DNA of 64,000 bases, taken from assembly GCF_009914755.1 (NCBI RefSeq), contig NC_060930.1; one strand, 5' to 3'. Shown here piece by piece: positions 18,612-32,468 of this stretch. The notes under the pieces are model-generated. The model was not told the DNA's origin. It was given only the letters and a program-made list of their open reading frames with translations, and did not search any database. The first letter of the stretch is position 1, and each line of letters opens with the position of its first letter. This DNA comes from the human T2T-CHM13v2.0 reference genome, Homo sapiens. A program made the translations under genes and the position numbers.

Positions 18612-21385
18612 TCAACTCCCACTTATGAGTGAGAACACGTGGTGTTTGGTTTTCTGTTCCTGTGTTAGTTTGCTGAGAATGATGGTTTCCAGCTTTATCC
18701 ATGTCCCTGCAAAGGACATTAATTCATTCTTTTTTATGGCTGCATAGTATTCCATGATGTATATGTGTCACATCTTCTTTATCCAGTCTAACACTGATGG
18801 GCATTTGGGTTTATTCCAAGTCTTTGCTACTGTGAATAGTGCTGCAATAAACGTGTTGTGAATAGTGCTGCAATAAATGTGTGCATGTGTCTTCAGAGAA
18901 GAATGATTTATAATCCTTTTGGTATATACCCAGTAATGGGATTGCTGGGTCAAATGGTATTTCTGCTTCTAGATCCCTGAGGAATCCCAACACTGTCTTC
19001 CACAATAGTTGAACTAATTTACACTTCCACCAACCGTGTAAAAGTGTTCCCATTTCTCCATATCCTCGCCAGCATCCGTTGTTTCCTGACTTTCTAATGA
19101 TCACCATTCTAACTGGCGTGAGATGTACTTTTGTGGTTTTGATTTGCATTTCTCTAATGATCAGTGATGATGAACTTTTTTTCATATGTTTGTTGGCCAC
19201 ATAAATGCCTTCTTTTGAAAAGTGTCTGTTCATATCCTTTGCCTACTTTTTGATGAAGTTTGTGTTTTTTCTTGTAAATTTAAGTTCCTTGTAGATTCTG
19301 GATATTAGCCCTTTGTCAGATGGATAGATTGCAAAATTTTTCTCCCATTCTATAGGTTGCCTATTCACTCTGATGATAGTTTCTTTTGCTGTACAGAAGT
19401 TCTTTAGTTTCATTGGATCCCATTTGTCAATTTTGGCTTTTGTTGCAATTGCTTTTGGTGTTTTAGTCATGAAGTCTTTGCCCATGCCTATGTCCTGAAT
19501 GGTATTGCCTAGGTTTTCTTCTAGGGTTTTTATGGTTTTAGGTCTTACGTTTAAGTATTTAATCCATCTTCAGTTAGTTTTTGTATAAGGTGTAAGGAAG
19601 GCATCCAGTTTCACTGTTCTCCATATGGCTGGCCAGTTTTCCCAATACCATTTATTAAATAGGGAATCCTTTCCCCATAGCTTGTTTTTGTCAGGTTTGT
19701 CAAAGATCAGAAGGCTGTAGATGTGTGGTGTTATTTCTGAGGTCTCTGTTCTGTTCCATTAGTCTATATATCTGTTTTGGTACCAGTACCGTGCTGTTTT
19801 GGTTACTGTAGCCTTGTAGTATAGTTTGAAGTCAGGTAGCATGATACCTCCAGCTTTGTTCTTTTTGCTTAGGATTGTCTTGGCTATATGGGCTCTTTTT
19901 GGGTTCCATATGAAATTTAAAGTAGTTTTATTCTAATTCTGTGAAAAAAGTCAATGGTAGCTTGATGGGGATAGTATTGAATCTATAAATTACTTTGGGC
20001 AGTATGGCCATTTTCAAGATATTGATTCTTCCTATCCATGAGCATGGAATGTTTTTCCATTTGTTTGTGTCCTCTCTTATTTGCTTGAGCAGTGGTTTGT
20101 AGTTCTCCTTGAAGCAGTCCTTCACATCTTTTACAATTGTATTCCTAGATATTCTCTTTGTAGCAATTGTGAATGGGAGTTTCCTCATGATTTGGTTGTT
20201 TGTCTATTTTTAGTGTATAGGAATGATTGTGATTTTTGCACATTGATTTTGTGTCCTGAGACTTTCCTGAAGTTGCTTATCAGGTTAAGGAGATTTGAAG
20301 CTGAGGCAATGGGGTTTTCTAAGTATACAATCAATCATCTGCAACAGAGACAATTTGACTTCCTCTCTTCCTATTTGAATACGCTTTATTTCTTTCTCTT
20401 GCTTGACTGTCCTGGACAGAACTTCCAATACTATGTTCCAATAGGAGTGGTGAGAGAGGGCATCCTTGTCTTGTGCCAGTTTTCAAAGGGAATGCTTCCA
20501 GCTTTTGCCCATTCAGTATGATATTGCCTGTGGGGTTGCCATAAATAGATCTTATTATTTTGAGACATGTTCTGTCAATACCTAGTTTATTGAGAGTTGT
20601 TAGCATGAAGGGGTATTGAATTTTGTTGAAGGCCTTCTCTGCATCTATTGAGATAATCATGTGATTTTTGTCATTGGTACTGCTTATGTGATGGATTATG
20701 TTTATTGATTTGCATATGTTGAACCAGCTTTGCATTCCAGGGGTGAAGCCAACTTGATCATGGTAGATAAGCTTTTAAATGTGTTGCTGGATTTGGTTTG
20801 CCAGTATTTTACTGAGGATTTTCACACTGATGTTCATCAGGGATATTGGCCTGAAATTTTGTTGTTGTTGTTGTGTCTCTGCCAGGTTTTGGTATCAGGA
20901 TGATGCTGGCATCATAAAATTAGTTAGGGAGGAGTCTGTCTTTTTTTATTGTTTGGAATATTTTCAGAAGGAATGGTACCAGGTCCTTTTTGTACCTCTG
21001 GTAAAATTCGGTTGTTAATCCTAATTTAATCTGGTCCTGGGCTTTTGGTTGGTTGGCTTTTAATTACTGCCTCAATTTCAGAACTTGTTATTGGTCTATT
21101 CAGGGATTCAACTTCTTCCTGGTTTAGTCTTGAGAGGGTGTATGGGTCCAGGAATTTATTTATTCCTTCTAGATTTTCTAGTTTATTTGCATAGAGATGT
21201 TTATGGTATTCTCTGATGGTAGTTTGTATTTCTGTGGGATCAGTGGTGATCTCCCCTTTATCATTTTTTATTATGACTATTTGATTCTAATCTCTTTTTT
21301 ATCAGCCTGGCTAGCAGTCTATCTATTTTGTTAATGTGTTCAAAAAGCCAGCTCCTGGATTCACTGATTTTTTGAAGGTTTTTTT

Positions 21386-21430
<45 letters not shown>

Positions 21431-22459
21431 CTATGTCCTTCAGTTTTGCTCTGATCTTACTTATTTCTTGTCTTCTGTTAGCTTTTGAATTTGTTTGCTC
21501 TTGCTTCTCTAGTTCTTTTAATTGTGATGTTAGGGTGTCGATTTTAGATCTTCTCTGCTTTCTCTTGTGGGCATTTAGTGTTATAAATTTCCTTCTAAAC
21601 ACTGCTTTTGCTGTGTCCCAGGGATTATTATATGTTGTGTCTTTGTTCTCATTGGTTTCAAAGAACTTACTTATTTCAGCCTTAATTTCATTATTTACCC
21701 AGTAGTCATTCAGGAACAGGTTGTTCAGTCTCCATGTAGTTGTGTGGTTTTGAATCTCTTAGTCTTGAGTTCTAATTTGATTGCACTGTGCTCTGAGAGA
21801 CTGTTTGCTGTGATTTCCATTCTTTTGCATTTGCTAAGGAGTCTTTTACTTCCAATTATGTGGTCGATTTTAGAATAAGTGCTATGTGGTGCTGAGAAGA
21901 ATGTTGATTTGAGGTGGAGAGTTTTGTAGATGTCTATTAGGTCCACTTGGTCTGGAGCTGAGTTAAAGCCCTAAATAACCTTGTTAATTTTCTGTCTTGT
22001 GATCTAATATTGACAGTGGGGTGTTTAAGTCTCTCACTATTACCGTGTGGGAGTCTAAGTCTCTTTGTAGGTATCTAAGAACTTGTTTTATGAATCTGTG
22101 TGCTTCTGTATTGGGTGCATATATATTTAGAATGGTTAGCTCTTCTTGTTGCATTGATCCCTTTACCATTATTTAATGCCCTTCTTTGTCTTTTTTAATC
22201 TTTGTTGCTTTAAAGTCTGTTTTATCAGAGACAAGGATTGCAAACCCTGCCTTTTTTGCTTTCCATTTGCTTGGTTTATCTTCCCCCATCCCTTTATTTT
22301 GAGCATTTGTATGTCTTTGATGTGAGATGGGTCTCCTGATTCCAGCATGGTCATGGGTCTTGACTCTATTCAATTTGCCAGTCTGTGTCTTTTAATTGGG
22401 GCATTTAGCCTGTTTACATTTAAGGTAAATATTGTTACGTGTGAGCTTGATCCTGTCAT
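18612..22459 (-). pseudogene. Disrupted L1 ORF2 (endonuclease, RT, Cys-rich domain)
   Basis: ATG at 22459 (ATGACAGG...). Fragments include ILNIYAPN, TYSKIDH, QGCPLSP and VADD, with many stops and frameshifts. The stop is at 18614-18612. Confidence 0.92.
21379..21428. repeat. T-run plus (TG)n microsatellite inside L1 ORF2
   Basis: Directly visible. Confidence 0.95.
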
Positions 22460-22519
22460 TACGATGCTAGCTGGTTATTTTGCCCATTGGTTGATGCAGT
22501 TTCTTCCTAGTGGATTGTT

Positions 22520-23525
22520 TTTACAGTGCTGGTACCAATTTTTCCTTTCCATATTTAGCGCTTCCTTCAGGAGTCTTGTAAGGCAGGCCTGGTGGTGACA
22601 AAAATCTCTCAGCATTTGCTTGTCTGTAAAGGATTTTATTTCTCCTTCATTTATAAAGATTAGTTTGGCTAAATATGAAATCCTGGGTTGAAAATTCATT
22701 TTCTTTAAGAATGTTGAATATTAGCCCCCACTCTCTTCTTGCTTGTAGGGTTACTGCAGAGAGATCTGCTGTTAGTCTGATGGGCTTCCCTTTGTGGGTA
22801 ACCCGACCTTTCTCTCTGGCTGCTCTTAACATGTATTCCTTCATTTCAACCTTGGTAAATCTGATGATAATATGTCTTGGGGTTGTTCTTCCCGAAAAGT
22901 ATCTTTGTGGTGTTCTCTGTATTTCCTGAATTTGAATGTTTGCCTGTCTTGCTAGGTTGGGGAAGTTCTCCTGGATAATATCCTGAAGAATATTTTCCAA
23001 CTTGGTTCCATTCTCCCTGTCACTTTCAGGTACACCAGTCAAACATAGGTTTGGTCTTTTCACATAATCCCATATTCTTGGAGGCTTTGTTCATTCCTTT
23101 TCATTCTTTTTTCTCTAATCTTGTCTTCTTGCTTTATTTCATTAGGTTGATTTTCAATCTCTGATATTCTTTCTTCTGCGTGATCGATTTGGCCATTGAT
23201 ACTTGTGTATGCTTCACGAAGTTCTTGTGCTGTTTTTCAGCTCCATCAGGTCATTTATGTTCCCCTCTAAACTGGTTATTCTAGTTAGCAATTCCTCTAA
23301 CCTTTTATCAAGGTTCTTAGCTTCCTTGCATTGGGCTAGAACATGCTGTTTTAGCTTGGAGGAGTATGTTATTACCCACTTTCTGAAGCCTACTTCTGTC
23401 AATTCATCAATCTCATGCTCCATCCAGTTTTGCTCCCTTGCTGGTGAGGAGTTGTGATACTTTGGAGCAGAAGAGGCATTCTGGTTTTTGGAATTTTCAG
23501 CGTTTTTGCACCATTTTTTCCTCAT
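22520..23525 (-). pseudogene. Disrupted L1 ORF1 (RNA-binding chaperone)
   Basis: Fragments MRKK..NAENSKNQ, KRPNL..GVPE, IQENFPNLARQ and GKPIRLTADLS. Frameshifted, with a short deletion across the ORF1 end. Confidence 0.92.
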
Positions 23526-24866
23526 CTTTGTGGATTTACCTACCTTTGGTGTTTGCTGTTGGTGATCTTCGGATGGAGTTTTTGCGTGGTCATCCTTTTT
23601 GTTGATATTGATGCTATTGCTTTCTGTTTGTTAGTTTTCCTTCTAACAGTCAGGCCCCTCTACTGCAGGTCTGCTGGAGTTTGCTGGGGGTTCACTCCAG
23701 ACCCTGTTTGCCTGGGTATCAACACTGAAGGCTGCAGAACAGCAAAGATTGCTGCCTTCTCCTTCCTCTGGAAGCTTCGTCCCAGAGGGGCACCCACCAG
23801 ACGCCAGCTGGAGCTCTCCTATATGAGGTGTCTGTGGAACTTTCCTGGGAAATGTCTCCCTCTCAGGAGGCACAGGGGTCAGGGACCCACTTGAGGAGGC
23901 AGTCTGTCCCTTAGCAGAGCTCGAGCACTGTGCTGGGAGATTTACTGCTCTTTTCAGAGCTGGCAAGCAGGAACGTGTATGTCTGCTGAAGCTGTGCCCA
24001 CAGCCGCCTCATTCCACAAGGTACTCTGTCCCAGGGAGATGGGAGTTTTATCTATGAGCCCCTGACTAGGGCTGATGCTTTCTTTCATAGATGCCCTGCC
24101 CAGAGAGGAGGAATCTAGAGAGGCAGTCTGGCTACATAGACTTTGCTGAGCTGTGGTGAACCCCGCCCAGTTTGAACTTCCTGGTTGCTTTGTTTACACT
24201 GTGAGGGGAAAACCACCTACTCAAGCCTCAGTAATGGTGGATGCCCCTCCCTCCACCAAGCTGGAGTGCCCCAGTTGGACTTCAGACTGCTGTGCTGGCA
24301 GAGAGAATTTCAAGCCAGTGGATCTTAGCTTGCTGGGCTCCGTGGGGGTGGCATCTGCTGAGCAAGACCACTTGGCTCCCTGGCCTCTGTCCCCTTTCCA
24401 GGGGAGTGAATGGTTCTCTTTCACTTGGGTTCCAGGTGCCACTGGGTTATGAAATAAAACTCCTACAGCTAGCTAGTTGTCTGCCCAAACAGCCTCCCAG
24501 TTTTGTGCTTGAAACCCAGGGCCCTTGTGGTGTAGGTACCCGAGGGAATCTCCTGATCTGTGGGTTGCAAAGACCAAGGGAAAAGTGTAGTATCTGGGCC
24601 AGATAGCACTGTCCCTCACGGCAGGGTCCCTCAAGGCTTCCTTTGGCTAGGGGAAGGATTTTCTGGACCCCTTGAGCTTCCCAGGTGAAGCAACACCCCA
24701 CCCTGCTTCTGCTCATCCTCCGTAGGCTGCACCCACTGTCTAACCAGTCCCAATGAGATGAGCAGGGTACCTCAATTGGAAATGCAGAAATCACCTGCCT
24801 TGTGCATTAGTCTCCCCAGGAGCTGCAGACTGGATCTTTTCCTATTTGGCCATCTTGCCTCGAGCC
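23526..24866 (-). promoter_or_regulatory. L1PA7 5'UTR internal promoter with YY1 site
   Basis: YY1 motif caagatggcc on the - strand at 24857-24848. CpGs are largely decayed. Confidence 0.7.
24234..24452 (+). CDS. L1 ORF0-like antisense ORF, 72 aa (MVDAPPSTKLECPSWTSDCCAG...)
   Basis: ATG at 24234, in frame with the tracked ORF 24153-24452. It is antisense within the L1 5'UTR and its N-terminus aligns with ORF0 (MAGAPPPASLPPCSLISDCCA). Expression is unknown. Confidence 0.4.
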   Translation: MVDAPPSTKLECPSWTSDCCAGRENFKPVDLSLLGSVGVASAEQDHLAPWPLSPFQGSEWFSFTWVPGATGL

Positions 24867-26434
24867 CTATCCTGATATTTTTATTTGGGTCTGAGTATGA
24901 TGTTTCTGGTAGTGTTTAAACTTTTAGTTCTTGCTCTTCATTTTTAATAAACAGCTTTTTATCACACTCATTTTCTTTTCCCATTTGCTGTTATAAAATA
25001 TACAAGTATGGTCATTTAAAAATATATATTCAGAAAAATGATGTCTTTTTAGAATGTCTGATTTCTTTGATCTTCTATTTCTCATAAATCTTTTCCATAC
25101 CCCTCTTCATCATTACAAATAACAATGAAATGTTTCTGAAATTAGCAAGTTATCTACAGAATGAGATGATCTGATACAAATCAATTTTCATCTTCACAGT
25201 ATTAAATGAATTAATTCACCAAGTAGCTTGCAAGATAATGAAAGCAAAATGCAAGCAAAGAAATTGAATGACCTTTAACAAGCCTCAAATAGAATTAAAT
25301 GTCAAAGTCCTGAAAAGAAGTTTCCTTGTTTATTTCTAGCAGCTACATGTTTTATAGCCCAGCCACAGGATGATGGAGAGTTGCTAGATGATTCTTATAA
25401 CTCAGATTTTATTTCTGGTAAAGGTTTACTATTCCTAGCAGGATGACACTATATTTTTTATTTGAATGATTTCTATCACTAAAACCCCTCAAAAATTATA
25501 TTTTTTTTTCTGAAAGAGAAACTGTTTTCCTAGATATTGCTTTTATTTGATATCTATAAAAAAACACAGGTTTAAGTCAAAGTTGGTAATGACATGGGCT
25601 CCACGTGTTTTCCAACTGTAAGAAAAGGATATTTTTCTAATCACAAGTCGAATACAGTAGACGAGCTATTAAAATGCAGGAAAATCAACAGTAATTGTTC
25701 ACATCAAGATGAGGTATCTTAAAAGATTAAAATTCTTATGAATCATATAAGAGAATGAAGAAAAAACAGAAACAGAAGTATCAAAAAGAAATGTAGATAT
25801 TATGTGATGAGAAAAATGAAGATGGGTTCTAACATAAAATTATTAATACTCTTCCAATATACTATATTGATTGCATGCTATATAATATGTAAAGTTACTT
25901 ATAACTCCATGGATTGATTTTATTCTACATTTGGAATTGTATATATCACATTTAGCTCATGTTCATTTTCAATTATAAAGAAGTAAAACAGGAAAGCAAA
26001 AGCAAAGAAACTTAAGCTAGGGCTTTACCAAACCATGCCAATGTAAAATAAATGGCTCATATACTGTTGAGTTGATTATATAGAAACATACCAGCTTCCT
26101 CTAAGTGCAATAGATCACAAAAAGAGGGAGTTGAACTAATGTCTTTAACCTCAATTCAGAGCACTAGCTAGGCATTATGTATAAACGTGGAAGAATCACC
26201 TGTTTTCCACTATAAAAGAGGATAAGAGAAGCATAGAAATTTAGGCTTTGAGTCACTAGATATCAAAAACAAAATATTATGACTATCAGTGCAGGAACAG
26301 TGTCATCTAGTTTTTGCCAGGATGTAAAGCATATCTCCTTAGACTGATATATTAGAAATGAAAAATTATGTCATTGATGATAAACACAAAAATTACAATG
26401 CATAGGCAGATAATTTAGTTTTATCTTACCTAAC

Positions 26435-26816
26435 TGCTATGGTTTGAAAGAGTGCCCCAAAATTTATGTGTTGTAAGCTTAATTTCCAATGCAACAATGT
26501 TGGTAGGTGGGGCCTAATAAGAGGTGATTAGCTCAAGAGTGCTCTGCCCTTATGAATGGATTAATGCTGTTATTGCAGGAGTGGGTTAGTTTTAAAAATG
26601 AGTTCAGCCCTGTCTTGTTTCCTCTTGCTCTTGCCCTCTCTTGCCTTTCTACCTTTTGTCATGAGATGATGCAGTACAAAGGCCCTCACCAGATGCCAGT
26701 GTCATGCACTTAGACTTCCTAGCCTCCAGAACTGTGAGTCAAATAAATTTCTGTTTCTTTTAATAAATTAACCAGACTGTGGTATTCCATTATAGCAGTG
26801 CAAAGGGACTAAGGTA
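26435..26816 (+). mobile_element. MaLR solo LTR (MSTB/MSTD-like)
   Basis: Starts tgctatggtttgaa. Contains atgaatggattaatgc and gacttcctagcctccagaactgtgag..aataaatttctgtt. Ends ggactaaggta. Confidence 0.9.
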
Positions 26817-28516
26817 CTACTTTAGCCACAGAAATTTAGAAATTCAGTCATTTCATTATATTCAAAGTATACTAGGATGGATGATATGTAGTTTAAACCC
26901 CATAAGAAATAATTTTAAATTTACAATATGTGTATATGTAAGCAAATGCCTATGGTCTTTTGTTTATTGCAGTAATTTTCTAGTTTAGATTCCTACCTAA
27001 ATTCACTCTGTTAGATCTCCCTGATTATAAAAAAAAGAACAAAATATATTAAATGTTTACTATGTAAAAATCACTGTACAAGCATGTAAGAAATACAGAG
27101 ATATGTATGACACAGACCTCTCCCCTTTAAGAATAGTAAAAAATTATCAATAGCATATGCACACAAAAAGCAATTATAAGAAATAATGTATAAAGTCATA
27201 TTTATATATTAATTTATAATTGTATTCATATATTAATATATACTGATCACCTGCTTTTTTACATTGTGTAAGAATCCAACTGTCAACAATACCACTAAAG
27301 TTTTTGCTCTTGTAGTCTTTATAAATTTTGGAGTAATAAGACAGATAAGTACAAAGTAATAAGATAAATATTATAACAATGGACTTAGTGATATAACTTT
27401 CTCTTGTCATGGTTCAAGTCTGAATTTATTTTGCATATTGGATGTTAGTTATTATAAGTAAGTTAGTATGAAAAGAAAGCAATCCAGGGAGGCAATTAGC
27501 ATAAGCATAGTCCCTCCTCTGGAAGTCATACCATTGAAGACTTAAAATCTTTCTGACTTGAATGTAAGCCATTTGAGTGTAATATTTGAATAGATTTATT
27601 GTTTTAAACCTTTATTTTTTGTAAATGCTACCTCAGTCAGCACCAGAAGTACTGTACACTACTACTTGGACATAGTAGGTGCTCAATACATTTCTATCAG
27701 TTTATTAATGTATATTCTCACCTATATATCTATTCTTAAATCTTTGCTTGCATCTTCAGATAGAAGTGATTTCTAAAGGCAGATTTGCATGAGTGAAATA
27801 CTCCTGAATCTGACTTTTGGTTTATATGAGCTTCAATTTCCATATCAACACAATGAAACACAGTAGCCCTGTACACCTTTTGCTTTACTTACACTGTCAA
27901 ATATAATTTGATGGCACTCCCATATTTTAAAAGCTGATGGAAATGTTTAAGAAGAATATAGTCTTCAGCCTGAACTTTGAATTTTGCATTATCATTGTGG
28001 CAGATTTAGTAAAATTTATTACTTGATAGATATTTCAATTTTTCCAGTTCTAACATTTATATATCAGGATCAATTACAATTAAAAATATACATATTGTCA
28101 AGAAATGCCTTAGAATCTGAAAGTATTTGAGAGAAAAATGCCTTGTGTAGAAAAATTTGAAATAAATCCTTTCACATATTAGCACTCTTCCTACTTCTAA
28201 AATTGTACCTTTTCTATCCAAGGCTGATTTTTGGAGATAGGAGAATGCATTGTGTAATTCTCAGGGCTGAGAGCAAATAGAACTTTTCTTTACTAAACTC
28301 AATAAGGAGCAGGCATCTAATCTGGATATTACGTTTTTGTGTGAAGGTGCCTTTTCCCCATCTCATGCACTAGGCATTTAGTCTAACAGATGTTATTTGC
28401 AGACACTGCCTCACCACAAATAACTGTTTCAATGAGGTCAGGACCCTTTGCGTTCAACTTGTAGTCAGTGTTCTAACTGAATGGCATCTATGCTTACATC
28501 CAGCTTCAGGAGAAAA

Positions 28517-28518
<2 letters not shown>

Positions 28519-28550
<32 letters not shown>
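28519..28550. repeat. (CA)n microsatellite
   Basis: Directly visible. Confidence 0.95.
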
Positions 28551-29129
28551 AGGAAAAAATCTCAACCATTCCACAAACCACATCTCCATTCTATACATCA
28601 TTGTGTGGAGAAAGTTTTGGTCAGAGTGAAGCAAGGTAAATTGAAGATGACAAAATTTCCCATGTTTTCTAGTCAACAATCAAAATGTGTTGTTCTCTGC
28701 TGTATATCTGCTTGCATCATCCTACATATTTTATTTATTTTCTTATTTATTTCTAAATAACTACACCTACATTTAAATTTACAGATATGGAGCATGCTGC
28801 CTCTGGGGACGTTTAAAATACAAGAAAATAAACAGTCTTACAAAAATGCTATAAAAATCACAATGGAGCCCAATTTTCTTTCTATAGCAATGAAAGGGAG
28901 AAAAAGACACCTGAACCTGAAGAAATAAACTAAACCTTTAACCATTTTAAGTAAAGTTGTGGCTTCATGAAACTCCCTGTATTATAGAGAAAAAAATAGC
29001 TGTGTGGCCAAATAGAATGAAGAAAGACATGGTTTAGTCATGACACCAAACTTGTTAGTGCAGCACATAATAAACATGCCTATTATTATCATTATTTTAT
29101 TATTACTGCTATTATTAAAATTAAAATTA

Positions 29130-29747
29130 TTTTAATTTTTAACATTATTCATTTAAATCCCTGTATAAGTTAATTATCTTTGAAGGAGCCACAAATATTT
29201 CTTGAATTCATGTCCTATAATAATTAGGAACCAATATTTCATAATTGAATCATAATGGAAAGAACATAATAATTGACAAAAAATCATACATCTTCTTGTT
29301 CCAAGGTGGCATACTATACAAACTCATATATAACTATGAATATTTGACCTCTGGATGTTTTCTGGAAGAAGAGAATTTTAGAAGAATTGCCCAGGTAAAT
29401 TTATTGTAAGGTTTAATAGAATAGAAGGGAGAAAATAAAAATGGCAAACATAATGTGAGGACTATAATAGTTTGGCATGCAGTAAATACATCAGTTATTA
29501 TTTCTATGATTATTATTATTTTAATATCTAATCTTATTCATTAAATTTCTAGAATAGTTTAATAATTTTTCCAGCAATTTTTATCACTTATAACCCATTA
29601 CATATAATAATTTTAAAACAATCTTGCCATAGTTTAATAAAAAATATAATATTAAAACTCACAAATGATTATGAATATTAGATCTCTGGATATTTCTAGT
29701 AAAAAGGACATTTTACAAAGAGAATTTGCTTAGGTTAATTTATTATA
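29130..29747 (+). repeat. Old diverged tandem duplication (units ~29130-29410 and ~29520-29747)
   Basis: 29320-29408 aligns with 29655-29747 (aaactca..tatgaatatt.ga.ctctggat...agaattg...aggt.aatttatt), and 29130-29180 aligns with 29520-29570. Confidence 0.7.
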
Positions 29748-30899
29748 CTGTGAGCAGGAAAGTTGAACAGAAATTTAAGCCTGAAACGACTTCTCCCGTG
29801 ATTGTGTTCTTAAGGATGTAGTATTTGAATTTAAATTGAATTGGAGAAAACAACCACACCCACCTACAAAGATTTTTCTTTATAACTAAAATTAGACTTC
29901 TTTATAAAAAATAAGCCCTAGTCAACAAATGTTTAGAAAAATTTATCAAACTAAATATTTCTTTTTTTCAAAGAAGTAGAAAATAAATAAGTTGGAAGAC
30001 TCCTAGAACTCTTGTCTCCAGTTAAAAATACTAACATTCTTATTATATTTTATGTTATTTTTTCCTTTTATAGTTACTCTAGAAATGAATTATTAAATAT
30101 TCACTACTGTTTGCATTACTTACATCTTGATTTGAATAACAATTGCCATGTATGATCTTCTTGATGTTTTGTCTGTAATTATATTTTCTCATGTAAGAGA
30201 AAAGTGCAAATAAAAGACAGAAGAAACTTCATTGTGGTTTAAATGTTTCAAATGTCAGAACCAGGAAGACACCAATTATCAGCAGAATTTCAAGTTTTTC
30301 TAGCTCCAGTGTAAACGAGAACCCTGGAAACTAGTAAATAGAGAAAAATTATAAAATCTAGACAATTTTTACCAGTAATTTGGAAAACAAAGTTTTATGC
30401 TAATAACAGTAGGTATTTATTTTAAATTACTCTAGGTAATCCACTGTTCTTAACTGCAGGAAACTAGTTTCCAGTAATTAATATAGCTTTAATCATTTTC
30501 TGGAACTCCTTGTTAAGGAGTTCTTTCTAAAACTATCACATATTCAAATTTCTAATCTAGACAGTTTTTTGAGTTAACTCAAAGGAAACTTTCAGAGCAA
30601 ACAAGAGGATATGGCATTAAGAATGAAATACCGTCATTTAAGTACATGTGCACGTGTGTGTATTCTGATATATACATATATATATATGCACACATTCTGA
30701 TTCTGAGTGTTAATAATGTGTTGGCCATTTATGTTATTTTACTAGAGAATTTATCTGATTTCAAAGGAACTAGTGCCTTAGAAAGAAGTGATTAACAAGA
30801 CAAGGATCAGAAAATATGCCTCATAATATGCACAGCTTCAGTGCTGGTTTTGTCTTCTCCAAGCCCGGTGGTCTAAAAAGAGTACTTACAGGGAATCTA

Positions 30900-31040
30900 G
30901 TACATATTTACTCAAAGACTGATTCATAGATCAGCAGCATAGTATAAACTACAACGCAGAACCCCAGACCCTACTCCAAAACTACTAAATCAAAATCTGC
31001 TTTCTAAAAGATCCCAGGTGAACCATATGCATGTCTTGGT
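30900..31040. mobile_element. MER5A-like hAT-Charlie fossil
   Basis: ctcaaag...cagcagcat...ccctactccaaaactactaaatcaaaatctgctttctaaaagatcccaggtga. Confidence 0.6.
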
Positions 31041-31279
31041 GTTTCAACCAATTTAGTTGAAACAATAGTTCAAAAAGTAAGGGGGTACAAGAGTTAAGGT
31101 TGAAAATCAGGAGAACATCATGGAAGGCCTTATCTGGCATGCATAAAGATGCAAATATGAGAAATCCCGACTAATTGGACTTTCACAATGTTAATTTTGC
31201 AAAGTCAAGGTGGCATACAAGGATGATAACTTCGGGAAATTAGTTAAGATTCACTGAAATTATTTTGGCTTATTTTTCA

Positions 31280-31635
31280 AGGTCACACACAGCAAAATGG
31301 GTACAGACGTTCCAGGCATTGCATCAAGATGTATCATATCTTCCAATTAATCTTTCCTAAGAGTAAGAAATTTTTCCAAGAAACCCTTCAAAAGACACCC
31401 AAAGTCTCTCATTTGCCAGAACTGAGACACATGCCTATCCATAACATAACTAGTAGCTATGGAAAAAGAGATTACTATGATTGGTTTAGATAATCATATA
31501 CCAATCAGCATCAGCCTCAGAAACTCAACTAGAGTTTCTTCCCCTGAGTCATACAGAGTCATGTTGAAACCTTGAAAAAATAGGTGTTTTGTTGGGATAG
31601 AAGAAGGCAAGATAAAGGTGCTAAGCACAACAGAG
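31280..31635 (-). mobile_element. MaLR LTR (MLT1K-like)
   Basis: tctcatttgccagaactgagacacatgcctatcc...attactatgattggtttaga. Confidence 0.6.
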
Positions 31636-32143
31636 ATATGATTAAGTCTGTTTATAAAAAATAGGGTGGAAAATATATAGTGAGTGCAAAACAGAGCAAA
31701 TAATATTAAGAGGCTTGTTTAAGTGAGAAAAGTCTATGAGTTCAATCCAAGGTGGTTGTGCAAATAGAGAAAAGGGACAAATTTGAGGGATGTAATATTG
31801 AGAAGTAGATTCAAAAGGATCTAGTAACCTAGTGATTGAGTGGATATGGAAAGTGAAATGATGAGAAGGGATCTAAGAGGATTCATATTATTCTTGGCTA
31901 CACAGTTTGACTATTTCCTCAAGTGCAGATATTATGACTATTTTGTTTACTGGACAATACTGAATGTCTGGCACGGTGAAATATACAATCTACTTTATCA
32001 ATAAAAATTTGTTAAAGTAACAAATAAATATGGCATTAGCTGAAATCATTATTCAGATGGAGTAGAAGATCTGAAGATGAAGTGATATGCCTGTGAATCT
32101 GTGCAATGATGTTGTTCAGTGGACAATTAAAAATTCAGGTCTT

Positions 32144-32453
<310 letters not shown>

Positions 32454-32468
32454 AAAAATACAAGTCTT

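Larger units (their letters stand above)
18403..24866 (-). mobile_element. Full-length LINE-1 (L1PA7-like, ~6.46 kb), inactive, TSD-flanked
   Basis: 5' end ...caagatggcc at 24857-24848, a ~1.34-kb 5'UTR, ORF1 and ORF2 remnants, a 3'UTR of L1PA7 type and a poly(T) at ~18397-18405. TSD ctatcctgat(t/a)tttt at 18388-18402 and 24867-24881. Confidence 0.96.
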
